A stretch of 64,000 bases of DNA from Nageia nagi (Eukaryota; Plantae; Pinophyta). Every line of letters starts with the position of its first letter. Positions within the stretch are counted from its first letter, which is position 1. The stretch is taken from assembly GCA_050084985.1 (NCBI GenBank), contig JBITNC010000001.1:67580001-67644000 (forward strand). The letters run 5' to 3'. Position numbers and translations under genes: made by a program. The notes under the pieces were generated by a model. The model was not told the DNA's origin. It saw only the letters and a list, made by a program, of their open reading frames with translations, and did no database searches. Below are positions 40,611 through 53,112 of this stretch, in pieces.

Positions 40611-43600
40611 TTTTTGATGTCATTTTCAAGAAGATCAATGTTGATTGATCTATTCCTAAGATTTTGAAGAAGAGAATTATTGCTAGTGCCATTTATAAGT
40701 TTTGTATAACCACATTTCCATGTTTTAGATTATCGAATTAGAGGAAGTTTTGAAAGTGATCCTATGATAATAGTATGATTTCATGTGGTGATCCTATTAG
40801 GAATATGTTGATCTATCTTCATTCCCTTTTACTTTGGATTATCATATCATCATGTGATCTAGAGTAGTAAGCTCTCTTGAGAATCTTAAGAAAACTATTT
40901 CAAGGATTGAGTAGGAATTTTTATGTTTGCAACATGTTTTATGTATGAATAGACCTAGAGATAGAGCCACTAAAGGATTTATTAGCATTAGTAGTAGAAG
41001 TGGTTCTAGGGGAGGTAGAACTTCAAAACCACCACCCCAAAAAAAGAAGATTGGTTTTGGTCATGGGTTTGAATCGCAAGAGGCTAAAATTAGTGGGCAT
41101 CATTATCTTGCATAATAAGCTATCTTTAAAGAATAAGCTATCATTAGTGATAGCTACAATAATAATAAAGAGAAGTGGTTCTAGGGGAGCTAGCTTTAAG
41201 TTGGTGAAGGTCAATAAAAAGCAAGACATTAAATGGTAAATGGTAAAAGATAAAAGGTAAATGGTAAATTATGGTAAATGGTAAAAGGTTAATGATGAAA
41301 GTAAGAAATGGTAAGTGGAAGAAATATCCATGGGTAATATCTAAAAGATATATGTTCTAGAATTATCCATTGGATTATATGGCATAAGGACATGTGTTGA
41401 TATGGAAGTAGTTATTAATATTTAAAATGCATTTTTAGAAAATGGTTATGTAGAAAAAGATCCATGTGGCATCTGATGTATATTTTTAAAAGTGGTTTGA
41501 ATATTTCTAGATATGGAGATATAATATATTTTAGAATTCAAGTTATAGAAAAATCTACATACCTTCTCTAGCCTATAAATATAGAAGTGACATGGGCATG
41601 TAAGGCAAGTTGAGTAAAAGTGAAGTGAAGTAAAGTCTAGTGCAAGTCAAGTGCAATTCAAGTCAAGTTGATTTGAAGTTGAGAGTGAGTTGTGAAGTTG
41701 TAAAGAATTTTATAAGTGTATCTTGAGTCTTAGTGTAATAGGTGTGTGAACTGTTGTATTACGTTCGTGATTATTCAACTGAAGAGAAGCTTAGAGTTTT
41801 ATTGTAAGAAGGATCTCTTTGTGAGGTTATGATAGTAGTTGTGTTTATTGGTTGTTGAGTTAAGCAAGTGGTGGTGCTCTCACATGATAAACAAGTCCAT
41901 TTCTATCATTTTAGTGAGAGTTTCTTATCATTGCATTATAACTCTTGTTGTAATTATATCTTCACTTTCATCAATAATATTGTGTCATTATTCCATTGTA
42001 TGATTATTGTATTATTCATAGTGTTTAAATTGAATTACCACTAATTAAAGTGATGCATCAAGATGAAATATCGTTGCAAGAGGAAGGACCAATATTATAA
42101 TTTCTTATATGCTAAAATAGTTGATATTCTTGGTTCTATTCTTGAGACCATTTCTTATTAGTGGTCATCTTGTAGTTATAAGAGTCTTTTGTTATCATAG
42201 GCAAAATTTTAATTTTTGTTTATCAATCTCATGAGGATGCTCACACATTTGTGTAAGAGTTAAAGGGATAGTGTATTTACAATGGATTGACTATGAAGGC
42301 ATAATGGTTGAAGTTCCTTCATACCTTCCTTAATGGAGTGGCTCATCGATGGTACAAGATGCTGGAGGAAGTTATGCAAAATTCTTAGGATCAAGTTCAA
42401 GAGGTATTTCTCAAAGCATTTGGACCATAAGAAAAATACTTCAACCTCATGATCGAGATCACCAAGATGAGCCAAGGAGCAAATGAGAATATTAGAGACT
42501 ACTATGCTTGATCACAAGAATTAAGGAGGAAGATCAAGGTTCAAATTCAAAAGGATAATTGTGGTGATGGATTCATTGATGGTGTTAATAGATTATTACT
42601 AAAGCACTTCATCTTGGGGATGAGGCAAGATATTCAATAAATGGTGAAGTATGAAAAGCCTACTACTATGTAACAAGCTAAGGAGATAGCAAAGAGTGAA
42701 GAGGAAAGTATAGACGAAGAAATAGATGAAATTATAGTTCCCTTATAACCAAGTGCTATTACAAAGCCTTTGACATTAGGTATATCACTCAATTTTTTCT
42801 CTTCAATAGAATATGATGACTTGATTCATAAAATGGGATAATTGGCTATTAATCTTTAGTAAGGAAAGGAAGTTATGATACCACATCGATCCCAAGGGGG
42901 AGATTGTGTTCTTAGAAACAATGTTGTAGACATCACATGCTATTGATGTTGGAATAAAGGGCATTACAAGACTAATTATCGAGGTAACACATCAACTTCA
43001 AAATAAAAGATGAGATGGAAGGGCACTTGTAGATTTAGTGAAGCTTATGAAAGAAGAAGAAAAAGTTGATGTTCTTGCTACAAGGTATGCAAAGGAGCAT
43101 GTAAATGAAGGAGGAAAAGAATCTAAGAAGATAAAAGAGGATAAAGAAAAAAGAAGGCAAAGAAGACTAGGTGTCCAATACTTTTCAATCTTCCAAGGTC
43201 AAGTACTTTATTCAATATTGGAGGATCTATCATCAAATCTTGCCTATATTATATGTGGACAATTGTTGGCATTAAATTTTTAGAAGAGGAGAGAATTATG
43301 AAGCATACTCAGTGCATGAAAGAAGAAGCAAGTGGATGTTCTTGTATTAGAAGTGAAAGTGGATCCATATACTTACCATGTTGAGGTACTTTACAATGGT
43401 GTCTCTATTCCAAATGTTTTAGTAGATAGAGGTGTTGATGTAAATATTATGAATTTTTTATTATAAATATATATATAAAATTAATCATGAGTGTAAACTA
43501 TAGTTGAGATCATTAAATAAGGGTAAAATAAAACTTGAAGGAGTAATTTTAAATGTTGCTATTTCTATTATTGGAGTTACTTATTTGGTAGATTTCCAAG

Positions 43601-46600
43601 TGATGAAGGATGATTCAGTAGCTTATCTCATGCTCTTGGTAAGGCCATGGTTAAGAAGAGTTCATGATCATAACTATTAGAATGAGGGATACATCATAAT
43701 AGGATGAAATAAATTAAGAATTCCAATGGTTACCTTAAGCCCTATTGCAAAGACATCAGAGTCTAAGAGTGAAGAGTGGACATCTTCAGGCTATGTAAGT
43801 ATTGATGATATGGATACTGAAGATGAAGAGGATGTTAATGTATTGGTAATGGATATATCTCCAACTCCACCTATTGAATATTATAAACAATTTATAGAGG
43901 AAGAAGTGGAGCATCATCTACAAAAACTACAATTTGGAGATGCTATTGAAGAAAATGATAAGGAAGAGTATTTTCAGCTTTTTCCAAGGTATATCAATCT
44001 CTTTACCTTTGATTATAAGGATTCCAAAAAAGTAACATGGGTAGATTATTCAATTGAATTAATGGAGAATACTAATCCATTAAGAACATGCCTTATAGGA
44101 TGAATCATAATTTCTCTAAATTTGTTAAAGATGAAATATAAATAAGCTCTTAGATGTAGGACTTATATTTCCTATAGATAATTCAGAGTGGGTTTCTCCT
44201 ATTGTGGTATTTAGGAAGAATAATGGGAAGATAATAATATGTGTGGATTATCAAAAGTTGAATAACTTTGAAAAGAAAGATCATTATCTTCTTCCTTTTT
44301 TAGATCAAATTTTGGATGAAGTGGTAGGACATGATTGCTACAATTTTGGAGATAGTTATAGTGGATATAACCAATTTTGGATAACAAATCAATTAAAGAT
44401 AACTTTCACTACTCCATGGGTTACATTTTCTTATTGAGTAATGCCCTTTGGTTTGTGTAATGCTCCTGCTACATTTTAAATACTTATTAATAGAGTTTTT
44501 GAGCCTTATATTGGAACAATCATTAGAGTTTTTCTAGATGATTTTTGTATATATGGAAAGAATAAAAAATATTTAGGACAAATTGAAAAGGTTTTTGAAA
44601 GACTACAAGAAGCAAGAGCATCATTGAATCTAGCCAAATGTATTTTTGTATGCTTGAAGGGAGTACTCTTAGGACATGTTGTATCCAAGAGTGGTATTGA
44701 AAAAGATATAAAGAAAGTGGATAAGATTAGGGAGCTTCCATTTCCAAGGAATAAGAGTAAATTAAGATCATTCTTGGGGCATGTTGGGTACTATATGAAA
44801 TTTATCAATAACTTATCCAAGATTTCTCAACCATTGAATTAATTTTTGAAGAAGGATATGTTATATGAACTGAGAAAAGAAGCAAGAGAAGCATTTGAGG
44901 AGCTAAAGCAAGCATTGATAACAACACCTTTTTTGAAGAATCATGATTGGAGTAAGATATTCATAGTCTACATGGATGCATTAGATAAAGTACTAAGTAG
45001 TACACTCAACCAAAAAGATGAAGATAAGAATGATCATCCTATCCAGTTTAGGATCTGACAAATGAGTAAAGCTAAGATAAATTATACAATTACTAAAAAA
45101 GAAGCTTTAACTATACTTTTTTCTTTGAAGAAATTTAGAAATTAGTTGTTGGGGAAAATGTTCACTATAATTATTGATAATCAAGCTTTGAATAGAATTG
45201 CAAGGTGGATACTCCTATTACATGAATATAGGTTTGATATTATGAACAAAATAGGAAAGAAACATATCAATTTGGATGCATTATCCAAAGCATATGAAGG
45301 CATTGGATCTTCTTGTGATGATGATTTTCCTGATGTAGCTTTGTTTTCTATAGAGATAATTCTAAATGAGTACATTGATGTTTGGAATTACTTGAGCGAA
45401 TTAAAATTTCCATAGGGGCCAACATTTAAGACAAAAAGGAAAATTAATTAGGCAAGTAGACCCTATACACTCGTGGATGAGGTTTTATATAGAGTTGGAA
45501 CAAATGGAAAATATATTTGTGCCATTAGATGAAATCAAGGGAAATATTTAATAAGAGATATGTATGATGCTATTTGTGAAGGATCTTTTTTGGGTAGTTA
45601 AAAATAAGAAGACCATTAGATGTAGGTTAAAACTAGCCAACTCTTTTTAAATATTGCTTCAATTATTGTAAAAGTTATGATGTTTTTCAATCTTTTGGGA
45701 ATTATGGAACAACATCAACACCATTATTTCTTATTCTTCCCTTAAGATCATTTAATAAATGGGGAATTGATATTGTAGGATCACTCCCTCCTACACCAAC
45801 ACAAAATAGATATATTATTATGGCTACAAATTTTTTGACTAAGTGGGTAAAAGTAAGATAATTGAAGGAAGCTTTAATGGAAGAGGTAGCAAGTTTTTTG
45901 TATGAGTGCATTATGATAATATTTGGATATTCATTAGAGATTGTGATAGATCAAGGAACCCACTTCATCAATGCGGTAGTAGAATCTTTGATAAGTCAAT
46001 TTGTAATCAAGAATAGAAATAAAACCACTTAAAAACCAAGCACCAATGGATAGGTAGAATGAACTAACCATATATTATGTTAGATACTTGCTAAGGATGC
46101 AACATTGTAGGTACATACATGGGATAAAAGGATCAATGCAACATTATGGGTATATAGAGCTACAGTAAAGACATCGACTAGGTATGCTTCCTTCCATTTA
46201 ACATATTGAATTTATACAATTCTTCTTACTAAATTTGATATTCCAAATTTAAGAATTATATTAAGGAAAATAAACAATGAAAGAGGATCTAATAATGATA
46301 AATAAATGCAAATTGAACAATTAGAAGAAATGCACCAGGCAACTAGTGAGACTATTGAAAAGAATAAAATCAAGCAAAAGGATAATTTTGATAAGAATAT
46401 GAAATGGTATCCATCCAAGATTAGTGATCTAATCATGGTATATGATTCTAGGCATCATAAGAGAAAGTGCAATAAGTTGTTACCAAAGTGGAATGGACTA
46501 TATAGGATAGTAGCACTTAAAGATAATGGAATGTACAAACTTGAAGAATTGTATGGCACTTTGATATCTAAGTGGGTCAATCATTGTAAGTTGAAGACTT

Positions 46601-47587
46601 TTTAGGCTCTTAATTAAATACTTTCCTACTATGAGGATGGAGTAGAAATTAGGAGGAGAAGACATCATTGTTAAAGTTTTTCAGTAAGTATAGAGTATCA
46701 TTATGTAATTGGTATGTGTCATAGTCATTAATAATAACTACCAGCTAGCATGTTGTGCAAGATAGCGATACCCACCAATAAGCTATAGTGAAAATGAAAT
46801 AATGGTACAAAAATAAAGAGATAGTGACATAATAATGATTACTGGTATAAGTGTACTATGGGGGCTTTAAGTTGGTGAAGTTCAGTAAAATGTAAAATAG
46901 TAAATAGTAAATGGTAAAAGATAAGAGATAAATGGTAAATGGTAAATAGTAAAAGGTAATTGGTAAATGGTGAAAGTAAGTGATTATAAGTGAAATAAAT
47001 ATCCATGAGTAATATATAGAAGATATATATTCTAGAATTATCCAAATGATTATGAGCCATAAGGACATGTGATGATATGAAAGTAGTTGTTGATATTTAC
47101 AAGGGGTTTCTAGAAAAGGTTTATGTGGCAAAAGATCCATGTAGCATATCATGGATATTTCTAAAAGTGGTTTGGATATTTCTAGAGATGGAGATATAAT
47201 GTATTTTAAAATTTAAGTTGTAAAATAATATAGATACCTTCTCCAGCCTATAAATAGAGAAGTGCTATGGGCATGTAAGGCAAGTTGAGTACAAGTCAAT
47301 TGAAGTCTAGTGGAAGTCAAGTATAATTGAGTTGAAGTTGTGAAGAAGTTTATAAGTGTTTCTTGATTATTAGAATCATAAGTATGTCAAGTATTGTATT
47401 GTGTTCATGATTATCTAAGTGAAGAAAAGGTTAGAGTCTTGTTGTAAGAAGGATCTCTTTATGAGGTTGTGATAGTAGTTGGGTTGGATTGGTTATTGAG
47501 TTGAGCAAGTCATGGTGCTCCTCATGAGATAATCAATACCATTGCTATCATCATGATGAAAGTTTCTTAACTTGTATTGTAACTTTT

Positions 47588-47760
47588 TATTAGAAATAAT
47601 ACATTAGATAGTAATAAATACTTTAGGTATCTACACCTTTAATAAATACATTAGTATTTATACTAATGTTTCATATGTTAATATTAGGGTTTATGGTTAA
47701 TTCAATTATATCTATAGGAATGATATCAATTATATATTCTCTCTAATATGGTATTAGAGA
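47588..47760 (+). mobile_element. Short LTR (~160 bp) plus PBS of a copia/TRIM-like element truncating LTR B
   Basis: TATTAG...CTAATA (decayed TGTTAG...CTAACA) followed by TGGTATTAGAG; LTR-B homology stops at this point. Confidence 0.6.
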
Positions 47761-48915
47761 TCAATATATTCTCTTATTTATCTCATCAATCTACCCAATG
47801 AAGTTATGGTTACTTACTATAGCCTAGGGATGATTGTGCTAGAGAAGTGAAGAATAAGAAGATCTTTGAAGGTTTCCAACAAACATTACTTGTAAGAATA
47901 ACGTTTGCAGACTAAAAATTATTGGCTAGAATAATATAATTACTTACTTTAACCTATACCATTCTCCCTTCATGCATGTTTAACCACATAATAACATGCT
48001 ATCTCATTCTCCCTTTGCATGAGTTTAACCCCTCCAACCATTGATGCATTACCCACAACATTGCAGCCTGTGAGCAACCCAATCTATGCACAAATATACA
48101 TTTTAGTGATAAGGTGATGATATTATATGAGTTTGAGTAATAATTTTTCCCAACAAATGATTTACAATACATCGTGTAAGCCCCAATCCAATCTACTTAT
48201 GTTCAAAAACACAAACCAGTTGTAGTCTTGGTACACGCCACTCTTGGTAGACCCTCCATCCTCCATTGCATGCAATCTTTGAGAATGATGGTAAAAGTGA
48301 ATTAACATGGTTGCATTACTATTTTCATCACCATTCTCCTCCTCCCTCCACCTCCTGTGCAATCCCATATTTAATATTTGCCAAACAAATATTATTATTA
48401 TAATTTTCTACCAAGAAAATATAACTTTTATTTTTTGAGGAGTCATTAAAATATTTGGAGAACATATTTACTCCACATATAAGGATTATTGGAGGAGAAA
48501 ATTATTTTTAAATAAAATATTTTCCATAAGAAATAGGTTGCCCAACATGAACAAAAAAAATCCATTATTTTTGCCAACCATATATTAAACTTTTCATATA
48601 AGTTTATTTGGAGGCAAGTTAATTATAAAAAGCAAGATAATTATTTGCCCATAAAAAATAATTTTCCCAACTAATTAAAAGAAAAATGAAAAATACAAAT
48701 TAAATTGAGGAGATAAATATATATTAAAAAAAAAGGTGAAGTCAATCTTAGAACAACAAAACAATTACAAGTCATTATTACTTCAAGAAGAGATCTTGGT
48801 GTGTTGGTAAAGCACTAAAAATTATGGAAAAGAGGTTACAAATTCAAATCCCCACTTATAAGAATTTTTTATCATGTTATTAAATGTTTATTCATATGAT
48901 TTAAAAAGTTGAAGG

Positions 48916-49420
48916 TGTTAAATTATTTATAGAATTGAAGGATTCCATAAACCAAGATCACCTTGAAGCTTCTCCAACAAATCTAATATTCATCCTTCTA
49001 GCAAAGCAATAATCAATCACAAAAATGAGAACATATAATGTATAGTGGTTCCTCCAACTCTTGGGATTACATTCACTTTGAACCATCTCTTTTATTACTT
49101 CTTATAAGATAACTCTCTTACAAATTGTCAAGAATTCTTCTACAAAGATCCTATAATAGCATCTGTATAAGATAAGTATTACCATACTTAATCAAGTTAC
49201 ATAATGAGAGGGGTACCTCTCTATTTATAAGAAAAAACCTACATTTTAACCTTCATTTTACCCAAGGGTAAGGTTATAGGTGTTTCTATATTTATTCTCT
49301 TAATGCTTTAAGGTATCTAAAGATACTTTAAGCATTAAGTGAATTTACATTAAAGAGAAATATTACACAATATTACATTACAATTTCCAACACTCTCCCT
49401 TAATGCAATATTGGTTAGAG
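48916..49420 (-). mobile_element. 3' LTR plus PPT of a copia related to element C
   Basis: Minus strand AAGGGAGAG then TGTTGGAAATTGTAATG (from 49392); shares the GTTGGAGGAACCACT motif and the hairpin with LTR C. Left boundary approximate. Confidence 0.7.
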
Positions 49421-49829
49421 AGTCAAAAAGACAAAGAGAAAGAGTAAGAGAGAGTTCTCCTCTATAAAGATACAAGTGGATTTGAGAACTTTTTGCATCT
49501 TTGATAAAGTAATAGAATGATGGTTCAAAGTGGATATACTCCCAAGAGATGGAGGAACCACTATACATGATGTGTTATTTTTTGTGTGGTTGTTTCTTAT
49601 TTTTATTAATGGATGAATGGTAGATCTATTAGAGAAACTTCAAGGTGATCTTGGTTATATGGAATACTTCAATTCCAAAAAAAATTGTAAACTTTGAAGG
49701 GGGAGATAAAAAAATTCATACACTCCAAAAAAAGAGTGATTTTTTTTGCAAATCAATGATTAAACATAAAGTACTAAAACTTGCAAAGCAACATGTCTCA
49801 AATAGCCCCAAAATTTTTATTTTGTAATT

Positions 49830-52095
49830 CACAAGTGTTGAAGCTAAGTACTATGCCTCTTGGAAGATGAAGATTTAGACAATCTTGGAGTTCAAAGAAT
49901 TATGGGACATCATAACTAGGAAAGAAACTTGTCTAAGGATAGCTGGTGAAGACCAAACCAAGTTTGATAAAAAAAGTAAGAAAGTTCACATGATCATTCT
50001 TCTTAGTAATTTAGATGATGTACAACCTCATGTTCAAGACTCCAAATATGCTATAACAACATGGAAGAAATTGCAACAAGTGTTTACCTCAAAGAATAAA
50101 AATCAAATTCTACATTTACAAGGGTAATTACATACCCTAAAATTGAAAAGTGGTGAACAAATCAAATCCTTTCTTCACAAAGTTATAAAACTCTATACCT
50201 CCCTATTGGAACTAGGTGAAGAGGTGGAAGATATGCTCCTTGTACCCATTGTCTTGAGATCACTCCCAAAGAAATATCATACCTTTGTGATGATATTGAA
50301 CATATTGAAGCAAACATATAACTTTGAAGAGTTAGTAAATATGTTGCAATAAGAAGAAGCTTCATATGTGAATTCCCATGAAGATGAACAAGCCATGGTA
50401 TCCAATCAAAGAGGCAAGAAACCTTTCCTATAGAAAGGTAAAGGCAAAATTTCTATAGTCCAATGATAAGTAGAAGAAGACTTGTATGATTTATGAAAAG
50501 AAAGGGCATGAATTGTAGGATTATTGGTATAATTATTTTGCTCAAGGCTCTTCAAGTAATAAGAATAAAAAACAAAAAGGGAAAAACCCTTACAATCATG
50601 GGGAGTGGAAACAAAGAAGACCATAATGATAATAATAACAAGGTAATGTTGTCAAGGTTGTTAATGAAGTAATTGAAGATGTTGGTAATCTCAATTTTGT
50701 TCATCAAGAGAACCCTTTAGTTTCATCCACTTGGTATGTTGATTATGGTGCTTATAATCACATGATTGGATGAAATGATTGGCTTGATTCTTTGGATGAA
50801 AACATGAATTCTAGTCCATTTTGATTGGGCGATGACACATCCTATGATATTGAAGGAATAGGTGATGTTCACATTTATCTTGGAAATAACAACTATCATA
50901 TACAAGAGGTATTGTATGTGTCAGGGATCACAAAGAACCTCTTTTTTAGTTAGTCAAATGCTGGTAAACAATCTTAAGTTGGAGTTTGATATTATGAAAG
51001 GAGAAAAGGTTTTCTTCATTTATGATAAATTCAAATGATTCTGAATAGTAACAAAAGCAACAAGAGTTGGGAGAATGTTTCTACTTAATGTTATAGCTTC
51101 CAACAATCAGACTCTCAATATTCATATCACATATAAGACCTCTCTTTGGTATTGAATATTTGAACGCATGAATCTAAACTACCTAATCACTCTACAAAAG
51201 AAGATATGGTACATGGTCTCCCATATCTTACTTCTCTTATTAATGTTTGTTCTACTTGCATAGTAGGAAAACAACATAGAATTTTATTTTGTGATAACAT
51301 ACATCGTGAGAAAGGATCTCTTGATGTGATATATACTAATATGTGCAAACCAATACAAGCTAGTGTTTCTAGTCTCATATACTTCCTATTATTTTTTGAT
51401 AACTACTCCAAAAAAATATGAGTGTGTTTCATAAAGATAAAGGACTAAACATTTTCCTACTTCAAATTCAAGGAACTTATGGAGAAATTAACTTCTCATC
51501 ATATCTATGTATTATGCTCATATTGAGGGGGTAATACCTATCAAATGAGTTTTATGCATTCTTAAAGCAACATAAAGTTCGATGATAGTTGACCACATCT
51601 TACATACCATAAAAAATGAAGTTTGTGAAAGGTGAAATCAAATTATTATGGAAATGGCAAGAAGCATGTTGAAATATGCATAAATGGATGGAATTTGTTG
51701 GGCTAAAGTAATGAATACTATCGTATATCTGTTGAATAGGGTACCCACAAAATCTTTTAATGGGATAACACTTGAAGAAACATGATCAAGAGAGAGACCC
51801 AATATCTCACATATTTGAGTGTTTGGTTGTACTGCCTACGTGCACATTCTTAAGGAAAAAAGGAAGAAGATTAATGAAAAATCAAAGAGATGCATTCTTC
51901 TCAGGTACAATAGTGAATCCAAATCGTAATAGACTCATGGATCCTACTACTCAAAGAACTTATATTAGTAGAGATGCAATCTTTGATGGGATTGGTGAAT
52001 TTTCAACTGGTCAACTTGTAGAGGTACCTGAACTTGATAGTGGCCCCATTATCAATTATGATGATAAGGACAACCTTGAAATCCAAGAGTTTTAG
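49830..52095 (+). mobile_element. Decayed Ty1/copia gag-protease-integrase fragment
   Basis: YASWKMKI..LEFKELWDII, LRSLPKKY, protease WYVDYGAYNHM, CSTCIVGKQHR, FFDNYSKK, YISRDAIFD; no RT. May belong to the LTR/PBS at 47588. Confidence 0.82.
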
Positions 52096-52191
52096 GAGTG
52101 CTAGGAGTCACCATGGTACCACTAGTGGTGTTAGTTAAGAAAATTAACTTGTGACATGGTTAACAGGATGTATGGTTGAAAAAGACAATGT

Positions 52192-52197
52192 TATATA

Positions 52198-52230
<33 letters not shown>
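52192..52230. repeat. (TA)n(TATG)n microsatellite
   Basis: TATATATATATATGTATGTATGTATGTATGTATGTAT. Confidence 0.9.
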
Positions 52231-53112
52231 TATGACCTGTGTATGAGATGTAACATTCAAACATGTATTCCTAGTGTTGGAATTGATGTTAGCATGGGTA
52301 CCATCATCAGCATTATCATTAGCATGATTTTGCTCTAATAAGGTGGCCATGTCTGGTTTTGTTGATAAAAATTGACCCAAAAATATGCTAATTATGCAAA
52401 ATATGACCTTCAAGAATCATCAAAATATCCTAATGAGATAAAATTTTGTAATGTAAAAATACACCCAACTGACTAGAATAAGCTTGAAAATTTGAAGTTT
52501 TCTACAAAAATATTTTCAACCAAACATCTAAGAAAAATGCATGCAATAATTTCAATTTCACCTTTCAAAAATTTTCTATCAAGAATATCTAGTGTTTAGG
52601 AAAAATTTTAGGGCACAAACAACCACTAAATATTCAAAAATTAGGCTCAAAATCTATGGTTTTATGCAAAAATGAAATTCCACAAAATTTCTTCAACTCA
52701 AAATCCCATGAAAATACATGCAAATAGACCCAATCAAACCTTCTAAAAATTGTGTATCATGAATATATGAGGTTTCGGCAAAGTTCTAGGGCATAAAAAA
52801 GCATAAATATTTTAGAAATTAGGTTCAAAATTGGGGGTTTTGACCAAAAATGAAATTCTACAAAATAAAAATACCTTCAAATTTTCAACATTTTAAAAGT
52901 AATAGGGATTTCTAAATTTGTAGAAAAATAAGACAAACAAAAATCAAATAAAACTAAGGGATTCCTATGAAAAATTCCATAAAAATATATGATGCCTTAA
53001 AAATGAAAAACCTAGTTTTTTTTTTCAAAAATAAAATTTAAAATAGGTTCAAGAAACAGTTTCCAACCCTAATTATGATATGGAAATGTTGGGTACCATA
53101 ATATTGAATGTT

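Larger units (their letters stand above)
21591..41092 (+). mobile_element. Athila-like Ty3/gypsy element A: partial LTR, PBS, gag-pol, extra ORF, full LTR, second PBS/leader
   Basis: PBS TGGTGCTGTTAGTTGGGA (22088), resembling the Athila TGGCGCCGTTGCCGGGGA; gag DPYEFLFEF..LKLFPSTMKD; RT KWRVCVDYKALN / VYIDDF; RNase H AINKFQHY; integrase PFEKWGIDFVGP / SDQG; PPT GGGGGAAA (39401); LTR TAATGAG...CTCATCA (39409-40610). Confidence 0.85.
21439..47587 (+). mobile_element. Ty3/gypsy element B: split 5' LTR (21439-21590 plus ~41193-42060), decayed gag-pol ~42250-46605, truncated 3' LTR 46669-47587
   Basis: 21439-21590 and 41193 onward match consecutive parts of the LTR at 46669. Decayed CCHC knuckle (~42935), protease VLVDRGVDVNIM, RT ICVDYQKLN / VFLDDF, RNase H VYMDA, integrase KWGIDIVG / PKWNGLY; purine tract AGGAGGAGAAGA near 46651. 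Confidence 0.85.

Noticed and set aside
53089-53099. Possible decayed PBS (minus-strand TGGTACCCAAC) after the Tat LTR, implying a tandem element
   Set aside because: It lies about 14 bp from the inferred LTR end and needs two substitutions; support is insufficient.
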